A DNA stretch of 64,000 bases from Myxococcota bacterium (lineage in GTDB: Bacteria; Myxococcota_A; UBA796; SXON01), in the NCBI GenBank assembly GCA_040386535.1, contig JAZKFH010000038.1, positions 91,191-155,190 on the forward strand, given 5' to 3'. Of the stretch, positions 47,669-56,744 are shown one piece after another (the stretch's first letter is position 1; every line of letters starts with the position of its first letter). The notes beneath the pieces were generated by a model. The model was not told where the DNA came from. It saw nothing but the letters and a program-made list of their open reading frames with translations, and did not search any database. Both the position numbers and the translations under genes were made by a program.

Positions 47669-50278
47669 CTACCGCCAATCTCCCACCACCACGAACGGCG
47701 CCCAATAGAACGGGTGGGAAAATTCCTTGCTCGCGAGCAGCGTCTGTTGCGCCACTTGCAGGGCGCGACCGATGTCGTCGCCCTTGCCGAGGCGGGTGTA
47801 GAACGCTGTCATGAGCGCGTGGGTGCCAACGTCGGAGACGCTCCAGAGGCTGGCGATGAGCGTCTCGACACCGGCGCGGCGGAATTGGCCGGCGAGGCCG
47901 TTGACCGCCATGGCGGGGCGGCCCGCGGTCAGATCGCCCGGGAGGCCCGACTCGCACGCGGAGAGCACGACGAGGCGCGTCTTGTCGAGCCAGGTGCCGA
48001 GGCCGGGGATCTCGCGGTAGCCGAGCACGCCCTCGGGCCCGGGGTAGCCGGTGAGCACGATGTGACTGCGGTCGGGAAAGGTGGCGTCGAGGATGCCGTG
48101 GGTGGCGAGGTGCACGAGGGTGCGGCCGGCGCACGCTTCGAGCACGGGGACACGTTTGCCTTGGTCGCCGACCAGCACGGTTGCGGCTTTGTAGAGGGCG
48201 CCGATGGCCTCGACCTCGGCCTTTGCGCCCGGCAATGTGCCGTCCGGATTGCCGACCAGGAGCAGGCTCTTGGCGTCGATCTTGAAGCGGTTGGCCGCTT
48301 TTCCTGGCACCGCGCGCAACGAGCCGACGTGTGTCACGCAGGCGACGGCGGCCTTGTCGATGAGCCAGGCGCCCTCGTGGCGGAGCAGCGCGAACGGGAG
48401 CTGCCGGAACACGCCCGTGGCCGAGACGACCACGGTGGTGGCGGTGGCGAGCTCGTCGGCGATGGGGGCGTAGAGCAATTCTCCGAGGGCGTCGCACTGG
48501 GTGCGGGTCCACTCCGGGTCCCACGTGTCGGCGGCGCGCAGGCTGCGGGCGACGGCGTAGACTTGTTTGGAGAGCGCCTCGTTGGTGACGACGACCTCGC
48601 GCACCGCGAGCCGCTCGCGCCGGTACACGAGCAGCACCAGCTTGGTCGGCAAACTCACCGGCTGCACGACGACGACGCCCACGGGGAGCTCGGTGCGGAC
48701 GGATTCCAGGTCCTCCGGGTCGGTGCGGACCAGCTCGGCGAAGTGGGGGTAGGTGGCGCGGAGCTCGTCGACCTTGGTGGCGAATTGCGCCTGCACGGCG
48801 GCGAGCTGCTGGCGGAGCGCGGTCGCTTGGGTGGGGGAGGCGCCGGCCAACTCGCGCTGGAGCCAAATCTGGCGGTCGGAGAGGGCGCGCAAATCGGCGG
48901 AGACGGCGTCGTCCGGGACGGGGGGCTCGTCGTGATCGGCCAACGCCATCTGCTCGGCGGCGACGGCGGCGCCGCGCATGTCCCCGCCGCCCAGGCTCGC
49001 CTCCACGACGGCCTCGTAGACGGCAGCGTATTCGGCGCGGAACAGCCGTGCCTCCTCGGGGCCGAGGCTGCGGCGGGTGGCCTCGAGCACGTCGACGGCC
49101 TTGCGGAGGAGCGCCAGGCCGGGCTCTTTGCGCCCGGCGGCGAGCGCGACGCGGCCTTCGAGAAAATCGGCGCGCCACCCGGTCGTGCCGAGGCCGCCGG
49201 AGAGGGTGCGGGCCTCGGCGGCGAGCTTGACGGCCTCGTCGGGCGACGTCCGCCAAACCAACCCGGCGAGGTTCAGCGCGGCGGTGGCGCGGATGCGCGG
49301 GTCCTTGGCGGCCGTGTAGAGCTTGCGGTACTCGGCGGCGTCGGGGGTGCCGAGCAGGGCGCGTTGGAGGGCGATGGCGACGGCGTCGTCGGGGCGGCCG
49401 GCTTGGACGAGCATGGCCTCGGCCCGAGCGTACAGCTCCTTCGCACGCTTGGTGTCACCCTTGCGATGGTATACCGTGGCAAGATTGGCCGTGAGCGCGG
49501 CGGCGCGGCGCACGTCGGGAGTTGGCCCCTGGGTGTCGGCGAGGGCGCGCTCGTAGAGGGGGCCGGCCAGATCGTCGAGGCCGAGCGATTGGAGCACGAT
49601 GCCGAGGTCGTTGCTGGCGTCGACGCTGCCGAGGCGGTCCTTGCCGGCCTGGAACAGGGTGACCGCCTCTTCCAGCGCGGCGCGAGCGTCGCGGAGGCGG
49701 CCGGCGCGGCGGTGCGCGAGGCCGGCGTTGGTGAGCGCGTCGGCGCGCCCGAGATCGTCGCCGAGGGAGAGGAACAGGGCGCGGGCGGCGTCGAACGCCT
49801 TGCCGGCCTCGTCGGGGCGGCCGAGCGCCATGCGGGCGAGCCCGAGGTTGCTGGCGGCGTTGGCGGCGAGCGCGGGATCGTTGGCGGCGCGGGCGGCGTC
49901 GAACGCGGCCTTGAGCTTGTCGGCGGCCGCCGGCGCGTCGCCCACCGCGAGCAGCCACAGCCCGCGATCGTTGGCCACCCGCGCCGCCAGGAGCCCGGTC
50001 TTCTCGGCCTCGTCGAGCTTTGCGCCCGCGAGGTCCACGCGGCCCTGCTGGCGGTAGGCGGCGGCGAGCCGCAGGAGCAATTCGACGCGCGCGGTGGGGT
50101 CGGTGGTGGCGGGGAGCGCGGCTTCCCAGGCGGTGATGGCGCTGGGGAGATCGCCGCGGGCCCAGGCGGCGTGGCCATCTTCGAGGGGCGCTGCGAGGGG
50201 GCCGGCCCAGGCGGGGAGCGCGGCGACGGCGGCGAGGCCGACGAGGAGGGTGAGGAAGTCGCGGCGGGGGAGGGGCAT
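47669..50278 (-). CDS. Tat-exported TPR + CHAT (caspase/HetF-like) protease
   Basis: PRRDFL Tat motif; TPR array; LVHLATHG, LVVLSACES, ASLWSV.D, HPFYWAPF. Confidence 0.9.
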   Translation of the reverse strand: MPLPRRDFLTLLVGLAAVAALPAWAGPLAAPLEDGHAAWARGDLPSAITAWEAALPATTDPTARVELLLRLAAAYRQQGRVDLAGAKLDEAEKTGLLAARVANDRGLWLLAVGDAPAAADKLKAAFDAARAANDPALAANAASNLGLARMALGRPDEAGKAFDAARALFLSLGDDLGRADALTNAGLAHRRAGRLRDARAALEEAVTLFQAGKDRLGSVDASNDLGIVLQSLGLDDLAGPLYERALADTQGPTPDVRRAAALTANLATVYHRKGDTKRAKELYARAEAMLVQAGRPDDAVAIALQRALLGTPDAAEYRKLYTAAKDPRIRATAALNLAGLVWRTSPDEAVKLAAEARTLSGGLGTTGWRADFLEGRVALAAGRKEPGLALLRKAVDVLEATRRSLGPEEARLFRAEYAAVYEAVVEASLGGGDMRGAAVAAEQMALADHDEPPVPDDAVSADLRALSDRQIWLQRELAGASPTQATALRQQLAAVQAQFATKVDELRATYPHFAELVRTDPEDLESVRTELPVGVVVVQPVSLPTKLVLLVYRRERLAVREVVVTNEALSKQVYAVARSLRAADTWDPEWTRTQCDALGELLYAPIADELATATTVVVSATGVFRQLPFALLRHEGAWLIDKAAVACVTHVGSLRAVPGKAANRFKIDAKSLLLVGNPDGTLPGAKAEVEAIGALYKAATVLVGDQGKRVPVLEACAGRTLVHLATHGILDATFPDRSHIVLTGYPGPEGVLGYREIPGLGTWLDKTRLVVLSACESGLPGDLTAGRPAMAVNGLAGQFRRAGVETLIASLWSVSDVGTHALMTAFYTRLGKGDDIGRALQVAQQTLLASKEFSHPFYWAPFVVVGDWR

Positions 50279-50440
50279 GGGGCTCGAAGGGTACACGGAG
50301 GTGGCTGGTGTCCGGTGCGTAACGGAGTGGGCGTCCGGTCGTATACACTGCCTGCCACCGCCCGCCCGGCCGCCTCCCGCGCCGAAGTTCGGCTCACCGC
50401 CCGCTTCCAGGTTAGGTTCCTGGGCACCGGAGAGGGCTGG

Positions 50441-50740
50441 ATGCCTCGCACTCCAACTGCCGTCCTGTTCGCATTGCTGTCGGTCCACTGTGACGCGGGT
50501 CGGGCGTCGCTGCCGGAGATCCCCGACGGAGTGGGCGCTCCCTGCGAGCTTTCGTCGCAATGCCGCGACGGCTTGGTGTGTATAGCTGAGGCCGCGCCTG
50601 GTGCTGGATATGAAGAATCGGTGGTGGGTACATGCGGCGTCGCATGCGAGAGCAACGACGAGTGCCTGTTCGATACCCCCTGCCATTGGTGCGAGACGCG
50701 AACCAGTCCTCCGTTCTGCTCCTTTGATGGTTGTAAGTAG
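50441..50740 (+). CDS. Small Cys-rich secreted or lipoprotein
   Basis: Short hydrophobic N-terminus then Cys; GAPC....C..GLVC..C...C....C repeats; more A/T-rich codons. Confidence 0.6.
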   Translation: MPRTPTAVLFALLSVHCDAGRASLPEIPDGVGAPCELSSQCRDGLVCIAEAAPGAGYEESVVGTCGVACESNDECLFDTPCHWCETRTSPPFCSFDGCK

Positions 50741-50975
50741 TGTGGCCTATGCGCGACGGCGCGTGCGAACATCGTCCTTCGAGGCAAGACGTCAAATCAG
50801 ACACGGCCGGGGGCACCGGGGTGGCGCCTGAGCGTGCGAAAGGCGCGCACGTTGGAGCCGGTCACGGTGCCGGTGCGGTGGGATGTCGGGCGGGGGTTGG
50901 TGGAGGTTGGCGGCGGGGAGTAGGGGCTGCGGAGGAGCCGCCTTCGGTGTCAGCGTAGGTTCGCCTCGTGCGCCT

Positions 50976-51518
50976 TCACTCGTCCAGGCGAAGGGCCGCC
51001 CGCAGCTCGCGCTCGTGAATCGTCAGCCGGACGACCAACACATCATCGGCGTACCACGTCCGCGGATCGTTGCGGGCCGTGCCGGAGGCGACGGTGCCCG
51101 CGACTCCAATGGCGACTCCAGCAAAACCCACGCCCGCCATCGCGAGCCCCGAGTTTGCCATTGTGAGGTCGTGTTCGGGCGTCACGTACGCCACTCCGAG
51201 CCCGGTCAGGAAGGTCAAACAGCCGAAGCCTGCGATGACGGCGCCGGTGGCGATCGAGCCGCCCCAGATTGCCTTTTGCATGCGCCGAATCTTCACGAAT
51301 TCTGTGTAGGTCGGCTGGTCGCCCAGGCGGAGCATGACCGTGCTCGCGTCGAGCCGCTGATCGAAATAGTCGACGACCGAGCCGTCCGGCTCCAGGAACA
51401 TCGCCTTTGACGCGTAGAGTTCATCGGCGACTCGACGGGTGGGCTCTGGTTCACGAACGAGCGTGTTTTGCCCGCTGTCGTGATCGGCTGCCAGGGCGGG
51501 TAAAAGGAGTAGAAGCAA
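50976..51518 (-). CDS. Hypothetical secreted/membrane protein
   Basis: Signal-like LLLLLPALA, two Gly-rich hydrophobic segments; TTG start uncertain. Confidence 0.55.
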   Translation of the reverse strand: MLLLLLPALAADHDSGQNTLVREPEPTRRVADELYASKAMFLEPDGSVVDYFDQRLDASTVMLRLGDQPTYTEFVKIRRMQKAIWGGSIATGAVIAGFGCLTFLTGLGVAYVTPEHDLTMANSGLAMAGVGFAGVAIGVAGTVASGTARNDPRTWYADDVLVVRLTIHERELRAALRLDE

Positions 51519-51911
51519 CGTCGCCTCGGTTGACTTGACCGGGGGAGGGTGCCCCGGAGCCGCTGAAGAAGTCAAGGAACGCGGCGAGACAGGGCTGCGT
51601 GCCGGGCGCCGAGGAAGGGGTCCGTCCACGCTCCGGGGCAGATCTCGACACCCACCTCCCCAACCCGAAGCCATGCCCCCACGAACGCCTGTTTTCCGGA
51701 GTCATGCCACCACGAATGCGCATCTCCGCCCCTCCCGAGCCGCCATGGCCAGGCGCTCGACGGACCAACGCCGAGCTTTCGCTTGGCCGCGCCGCCAAAC
51801 GTGCATTCAACCTGGCATGACTCGGGGAAACGTTCATTGGCAAGGGCATGACCCCGTTCGCTGCCGCGACGGGGGTGCGGCCGTGGCCCGCCCACCGCAC
51901 AAACCAATTCC

Positions 51912-52030
51912 CCCGCGCGAGGTGCGTGCAGGGCGGCCGCCCCGCGGCCGGTCGGCCCGGCCGACGGAGCCCGGAGGGCGACCCCGGAACGGACCGGCCC
52001 CGGGCGCCTCGCCCGGGGTCGCGCCCATCC
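51912..52030 (+). repeat. Dispersed structured element copy
   Basis: CCCGCG cg AGG tgcgtgca GGGC GGCC..GGCC GGTC..GAC ggag..ccccgggcgcctcgcccgggg..cccatcc. Confidence 0.75.
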
Positions 52031-52052
52031 GTCGCGATCCAAGCCCCGCGCC

Positions 52053-52730
52053 CTACAGCTCCATCCCCGCCAACTGCACCCTCGCCGCCGCCTCCATCCG
52101 CGGGTCCGCGGCAATCGCGGCCTGAAACGACTCGCGCGCGCGGGGGAGCTCGTGCTGGTCGAGCGCGATGAGGCCGTCGGAGAACTTGAGCGCGGCGTCG
52201 AGCGGTTGGGCCGCGACGGTCCCCAACGATGCCACCACAGGAAGCGCCGGAAGCGGAGGCACCGCCCCCGGAACCAGCTGCCCCAGCCGCTCGCGGAAGC
52301 CCGCGGCCACCTTGCGCTCGATGTCGAGGAACTCGGCGACGGTGCCGTTGCTGCCGCTCGCGTAGATGACCTCGCCGGTCTCGACGCGGACCAGGCGCGC
52401 GTCGACGCGGAGGGTGCCCGCGAGCGAGAAGTAGGAGCCGAGGACCAGGTACTCGGCGCCCAGGAGCTTGCCGAGCTTGGCGGAGGTGTCCTTGTCGACG
52501 ACCGCGCTGTGGCCGAGCTTGAGCTCGTCCATGAGCGCCTGGAGCTGGGTGCGCTCGACCACCGTGACGCCGCCCGCGCCCACGAGATCGGTGGTGAGCA
52601 TCTGGGTGAGGCCGACCTTGAGCGGCTCCAGCTCCGGGTTGCCCTGGTTCTGGAAGTACATGACCGCGACGGAGCCCGGGCCGGCAAGGGCCTCGGCGAT
52701 GAGGAGGGAGAGTCCCAACAGGAAGCTCAT
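52053..52730 (-). CDS. CsgG/HfaB (TolB-N/FlgO-like) domain protein with TPR
   Basis: Signal peptide; SVAV..F.N, VVER.QL.AL..E..L, KLGKLLGA.YLV.GS, DARLV.VETGE. Confidence 0.85.
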   Translation of the reverse strand: MSFLLGLSLLIAEALAGPGSVAVMYFQNQGNPELEPLKVGLTQMLTTDLVGAGGVTVVERTQLQALMDELKLGHSAVVDKDTSAKLGKLLGAEYLVLGSYFSLAGTLRVDARLVRVETGEVIYASGSNGTVAEFLDIERKVAAGFRERLGQLVPGAVPPLPALPVVASLGTVAAQPLDAALKFSDGLIALDQHELPRARESFQAAIAADPRMEAAARVQLAGMEL

Positions 52731-52768
52731 TCGGACTCCGCGCGGGCACACATACACGCCCGCGGTGG

Positions 52769-54553
52769 CTACCGCATCAAGTACGCCGCGCCTCCGCCCA
52801 CCCCGAACGCGCTGCTGGACGAGGCGCCGAGGAGGAGGTCGTCGAGGCCGTCGCCGTTGGTGTCCCCCACGTTGGCGATCGCGGAGCCGAGACCGTCGCC
52901 GTCGGCCTCGCCCAGGTAGCGGGCATCGGCGTCGGAGGGGCCGTACGCGCCGGCGACCGGGCCGTAGAACACGAGGACGGCGCCCTCCGCGGGGGTCGTG
53001 TCGCCGCGGCCAAGCGCCAGGAGGAGGTCCGCGTGGCCGTCCGCGTCGACGTCGGCGAGCGTCTGCCCCCGCGCGACGGCGCCGTCGAGATCGGTCCCGT
53101 ACACGCGCGCCGTAGTGGCCGCGGCGGCCTCGAGGCCCGACGCCGTGCTGCTCCCGCTCACGACGTACACCGCGCCGGTGTAGAAGCCGCCCTGCATGTT
53201 GTAGGGGGCGCCGACGAGGAAGTCGTCGAGGCCGTCGCCATCCACGTCCCCCTCGCCGCCGATCTCGCCGCGCGAGAACCAGTCGTTCGTGATCTCGCCG
53301 CCGACGTGGCGGTCCGCGTCCGCGAACGTGACGTCGCCCAGGAGGGGGCCGTGGAACACGCCGACCGCGCCGGCGCCGTCGTCCCCGAGGTCGGAGCCGT
53401 AGGCGCCCACGAGCAGATCGGGCGCGCCGTCGCCGTTCACGTCGCCGAGGGCCGCCACGCTGTTTCCGGTACCCCCGGACTCCCGATCGCCGCGGATCAC
53501 GAGGCCCTCGTCCACCGTGTGGTCGCCGGTGACGGGGCCGGCCAGGATCCATGCCGTCCCGCCGGGGCCATCCTCCACCAGGCCGGAGCTGCCCACGATC
53601 ACGTCGGCGACGCCGTCGCCGGTGAGGTCGGGCGAGGCGGCGACGCTGGTCCCGACGCCGTCGTACGCGTCGCTCCCCGCGGTGATGAGCCCCGCGGAGG
53701 AGGCGAACGACATCGAGCCGGTGGTCGTGCCGCTCACGATGTAGACGGCCCCGTAGGTCCACGCGCCCGAGGCGCCGACGGCGGCGTCCGGCACGCCGTC
53801 TCCGTCGAGGTCCTGGCCGCCCGCGATCGTGCCCGCGAACCCGCGGTTCGTGGTGCTGTACATGTAGAGGGGCGCGATGGTCTCGACGAGGTGCTCCCCC
53901 GTGACCGCGCCCGGGACGAGGAACACGGCGCCGGCGTACTCCGCGCTGCCGTAGCCGAAGGCGCCGATCCACACGTCGCCGAGGCCGTCGCCGTCCACAT
54001 CGCCCGCCCGGGCCCCGCTGCTGCCCAGGTGCCCGTCGGGCCCCCCGCGGTAGATCGTCGTGGCCGCCCCGACGCCGACATCCCCGTCGGGAGCGCACAT
54101 GCGGTCGCCGCCGACGCAGTCGTCATCGACGCCGTCGCCGCACACCTCGACGGCGGCGGGGCTGATTGCCGCGTCGGCGTCGTCGCAGTCGCGGGCCTCG
54201 GTGTCGGCCCCGGCGGGCGGCTCGCACGCCAGCACCGGGGTGCCGGCGTAGCCGTCAGCGTCGTCATCGACGTACCAGGTGGGGGTCACGTTCTCGTCGA
54301 CCGCCCCGTCACAGTTGTCGTCCACGCCGTTGCACGCCTCGGTCGCGCCGGAGTGCACGGTCGCGTCGGTCGGGGCACAGTCGTCGTCGTCGGGGGTGCC
54401 GTCCGCGTCGGTATCGGCGGGGGGCGCGGTGTCTGCCGCGGAGTCTCCGGCGGAGTCGAGATCGCTCCCGTCGTCGGGGACGAGACCGCCGTCCTTGCCG
54501 ACACACGCCGCGAGGAGGAGGAAGGTCAGGTGCGTCGGAAGCGTGCGAATCAT
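52769..54553 (-). CDS. Lipoprotein with MopE-type motifs and FG-GAP (integrin-alpha-like) repeats
   Basis: LAAC lipobox; E.CNGVDDNCDG motifs; GD..GDG..D..VGA..GAV repeats. Confidence 0.88.
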   Translation of the reverse strand: MIRTLPTHLTFLLLAACVGKDGGLVPDDGSDLDSAGDSAADTAPPADTDADGTPDDDDCAPTDATVHSGATEACNGVDDNCDGAVDENVTPTWYVDDDADGYAGTPVLACEPPAGADTEARDCDDADAAISPAAVEVCGDGVDDDCVGGDRMCAPDGDVGVGAATTIYRGGPDGHLGSSGARAGDVDGDGLGDVWIGAFGYGSAEYAGAVFLVPGAVTGEHLVETIAPLYMYSTTNRGFAGTIAGGQDLDGDGVPDAAVGASGAWTYGAVYIVSGTTTGSMSFASSAGLITAGSDAYDGVGTSVAASPDLTGDGVADVIVGSSGLVEDGPGGTAWILAGPVTGDHTVDEGLVIRGDRESGGTGNSVAALGDVNGDGAPDLLVGAYGSDLGDDGAGAVGVFHGPLLGDVTFADADRHVGGEITNDWFSRGEIGGEGDVDGDGLDDFLVGAPYNMQGGFYTGAVYVVSGSSTASGLEAAAATTARVYGTDLDGAVARGQTLADVDADGHADLLLALGRGDTTPAEGAVLVFYGPVAGAYGPSDADARYLGEADGDGLGSAIANVGDTNGDGLDDLLLGASSSSAFGVGGGAAYLMR

Positions 54554-55944
54554 TGGGGCTCCGCCGCGCGGGCGTAGACGTGGCTTCCGAGCAGGGTACA
54601 CGCGATCACGGCGAGCGAGGGCCCGATGTCGAGCACCAGCCCGTCGAAGAGCGTGAAGGCGCCGAGGCCGACGGCGAAGAGCGCCACGCAGGCGAGCAGC
54701 CAGGCGCCGATGTGCGCGGCGCCCTCGTACCGGGCGGTCCGGAGGACGAGCCCGCCGAACACCAACGCGACCGCCCAGGCGCCGAGCGGCCCGCCGGGGC
54801 GCCGGGTGTGGCGCCCGGAGAGCAAGGTGTCGAGGAGATGCGCGTGGATGCGGACGCCGGCCATGTCCGCGCTCTGCATGGCGGGGAAGGCGTAGGGGGT
54901 GACGAAGCGGTCGTTCGCGGCGGCGTCGGTGCGGCCGATCAGCACCACGCGGCCCTTCAGCGCGGCCGCGAGCTCGTCGGGGACGCGGAGAGGAAGGTCG
55001 AAGCCGAGCCCGCGGGCGAGGGCGGACTCGCCGACGCTGCGGAGGACGCGGGCGGCCGAGACGAGCGGGATGCCGTCGGCGCCCTCGGGGCCGCGGAAGT
55101 TGAGCGGGAGCGCCTCGTGCAAGGCGACGGGGCCCGAGGGGAGGCCCAGCCAGTCGGGCCCGACGGTGCAGACCACCGGGGCGCCGCCGCAGCGCTCGGC
55201 GATCGAGGCGGCGAGCTGCGCGGGGGGCAACGCGGAGCGGTGGAGCCACGCCCCGGCGAGGGCGACGGCGGGCGTGGGGGCGTCGTCGTCCTGCCAGCCG
55301 CCGACGAGGCCGGCGGGGAAGGGGGCCAACAGGCGCGCGCGGGCGACGGCCTGCACCAGCGGCACGGCGCGCACGGCCATCTCGCCGGAGAACAACGTCT
55401 GCTCCTCCATGCCGAGGTTGGCGAACGCGGCGAGCGCCACCTCGCCGAACACGGAGCCGGCGGCAAACGGCACCGGATCGCCCGCGATGCCCGGCGAGAA
55501 CCGCTCGGCGACGGCGACGCGGCCGTGCGCCTCGATGGCGGCGCGCAAGAGATCGTCGTCGGGCGCGGGGACGTCGGTGAGGATGTCGAGCACGACGGTC
55601 TTGGCGCCGGCGGCCTGGAGGAAGCGGACGAGCTCGGCGAGCATGGCGCGGGGCGTGGTCGCGGGGGCGGGATCGGCGGGGTTCCAGAGGTAGAACGCCT
55701 CCTCGTCGATGCCGAGGATGGCGACCTCGCCGCTGGTCGGCGCGGCCCCGCGCAGGGACGTGTAGAGCACGTCGGTGCGGCCGCCGAGCAGCACGAACGC
55801 CAGCGCGCCGAGCGCCAGCGCGGAGAGGACGTTGACGACGACCTCGTTGGCGAGGTCGCGGCCCACGCGGCGGAGGGTGGCGCGGTGGGGCTGGTCGGGG
55901 GGCGGCGCTGGCGACGGCGGCGCGGTTTCCGAAGGCACACTCAC
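54550..55944 (-). CDS. CHASE2 domain membrane protein without a cytoplasmic output domain
   Basis: ILGIDE, PR..LA.L...L..AGAK.V.LDI, GRVVLIG, D.F.TP, GV.IHA; three C-terminal TMs, then stop. Confidence 0.85.
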   Translation of the reverse strand: MSVPSETAPPSPAPPPDQPHRATLRRVGRDLANEVVVNVLSALALGALAFVLLGGRTDVLYTSLRGAAPTSGEVAILGIDEEAFYLWNPADPAPATTPRAMLAELVRFLQAAGAKTVVLDILTDVPAPDDDLLRAAIEAHGRVAVAERFSPGIAGDPVPFAAGSVFGEVALAAFANLGMEEQTLFSGEMAVRAVPLVQAVARARLLAPFPAGLVGGWQDDDAPTPAVALAGAWLHRSALPPAQLAASIAERCGGAPVVCTVGPDWLGLPSGPVALHEALPLNFRGPEGADGIPLVSAARVLRSVGESALARGLGFDLPLRVPDELAAALKGRVVLIGRTDAAANDRFVTPYAFPAMQSADMAGVRIHAHLLDTLLSGRHTRRPGGPLGAWAVALVFGGLVLRTARYEGAAHIGAWLLACVALFAVGLGAFTLFDGLVLDIGPSLAVIACTLLGSHVYARAAEPQ

Positions 55945-56711
55945 GGTGCGACGCCCGCGAGCTTCTCGTAGCCGGCCACGAGCTCGGGCAGGCCGGCGGC
56001 TTCGAGCGTGGTGAGGGCGTCGGTCGGGTAGCCGGCGAGCAGGAGCGCGGCCGCGACGGTGGCGGCACGATCGGCGGGGTCGGCGACGCTGTCGGCGCGC
56101 GCGCTGGCGACGGCGGCGTCGGCCTCGGCGGGGGGCGACACGCGCAGTGCGAACTCCTCGGTGCCGACGCGCACGACGTAGGTGCCCGGCGCCAGCGCGG
56201 GGCCGCCGTAGGGCACGGTCTTGTCGCCAGTGCCGGTCCACACGGTGGTGTCCGCGCGCAGGTCGAGCACGGCCACCTCCTGCGGGCCGCACGCGTCACA
56301 CCGCCAGCGGATCTCGCGGAGCGCCAGCGCGGGCGCGCGCGGCACCGGACGCGTGAGGACGAGCCCGACCGCGCGGGAGGCCCCGGCGGAGCCGAGCGAC
56401 GTGCGCTTCTGGAGCAGCGCGCCGACCTGATCGGCGGCGGCCGGCGCCGTGGTGAACGAGGCGGGATCGACCCGCTTGGGGCCGTCGACCGTGAACGCGC
56501 CGCCCTGGCGCAGGAACACGACGTGGGCGCCCGCGCCGAGCTCGAGGGTCTGGCCGACCGCGAGCAGGAACGGCGCGGCGGGCGCGGGGCTCGACGTGCC
56601 GCCCTGCACGAGCGTGACGGGGCCGCGCACGAGGGTGACCATCGCCGGGGCGTCGTTGGCGGCGGGCGCCGCGTGCGCGAGCGAGGCGAGGGCGATCAGG
56701 AAGAGCGGCAT
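55941..56711 (-). CDS. Secreted FecR-N/DUF928-like protein
   Basis: Signal peptide; VTLVRG.V..L..G..L.LG.GA; AGASR motif; Ig-like segment L.PGTY. Confidence 0.55.
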   Translation of the reverse strand: MPLFLIALASLAHAAPAANDAPAMVTLVRGPVTLVQGGTSSPAPAAPFLLAVGQTLELGAGAHVVFLRQGGAFTVDGPKRVDPASFTTAPAAADQVGALLQKRTSLGSAGASRAVGLVLTRPVPRAPALALREIRWRCDACGPQEVAVLDLRADTTVWTGTGDKTVPYGGPALAPGTYVVRVGTEEFALRVSPPAEADAAVASARADSVADPADRAATVAAALLLAGYPTDALTTLEAAGLPELVAGYEKLAGVAP

Positions 56712-56744
56712 GGGGTTCCTCGGCGACGGGTCGGGGGCGCGTCG

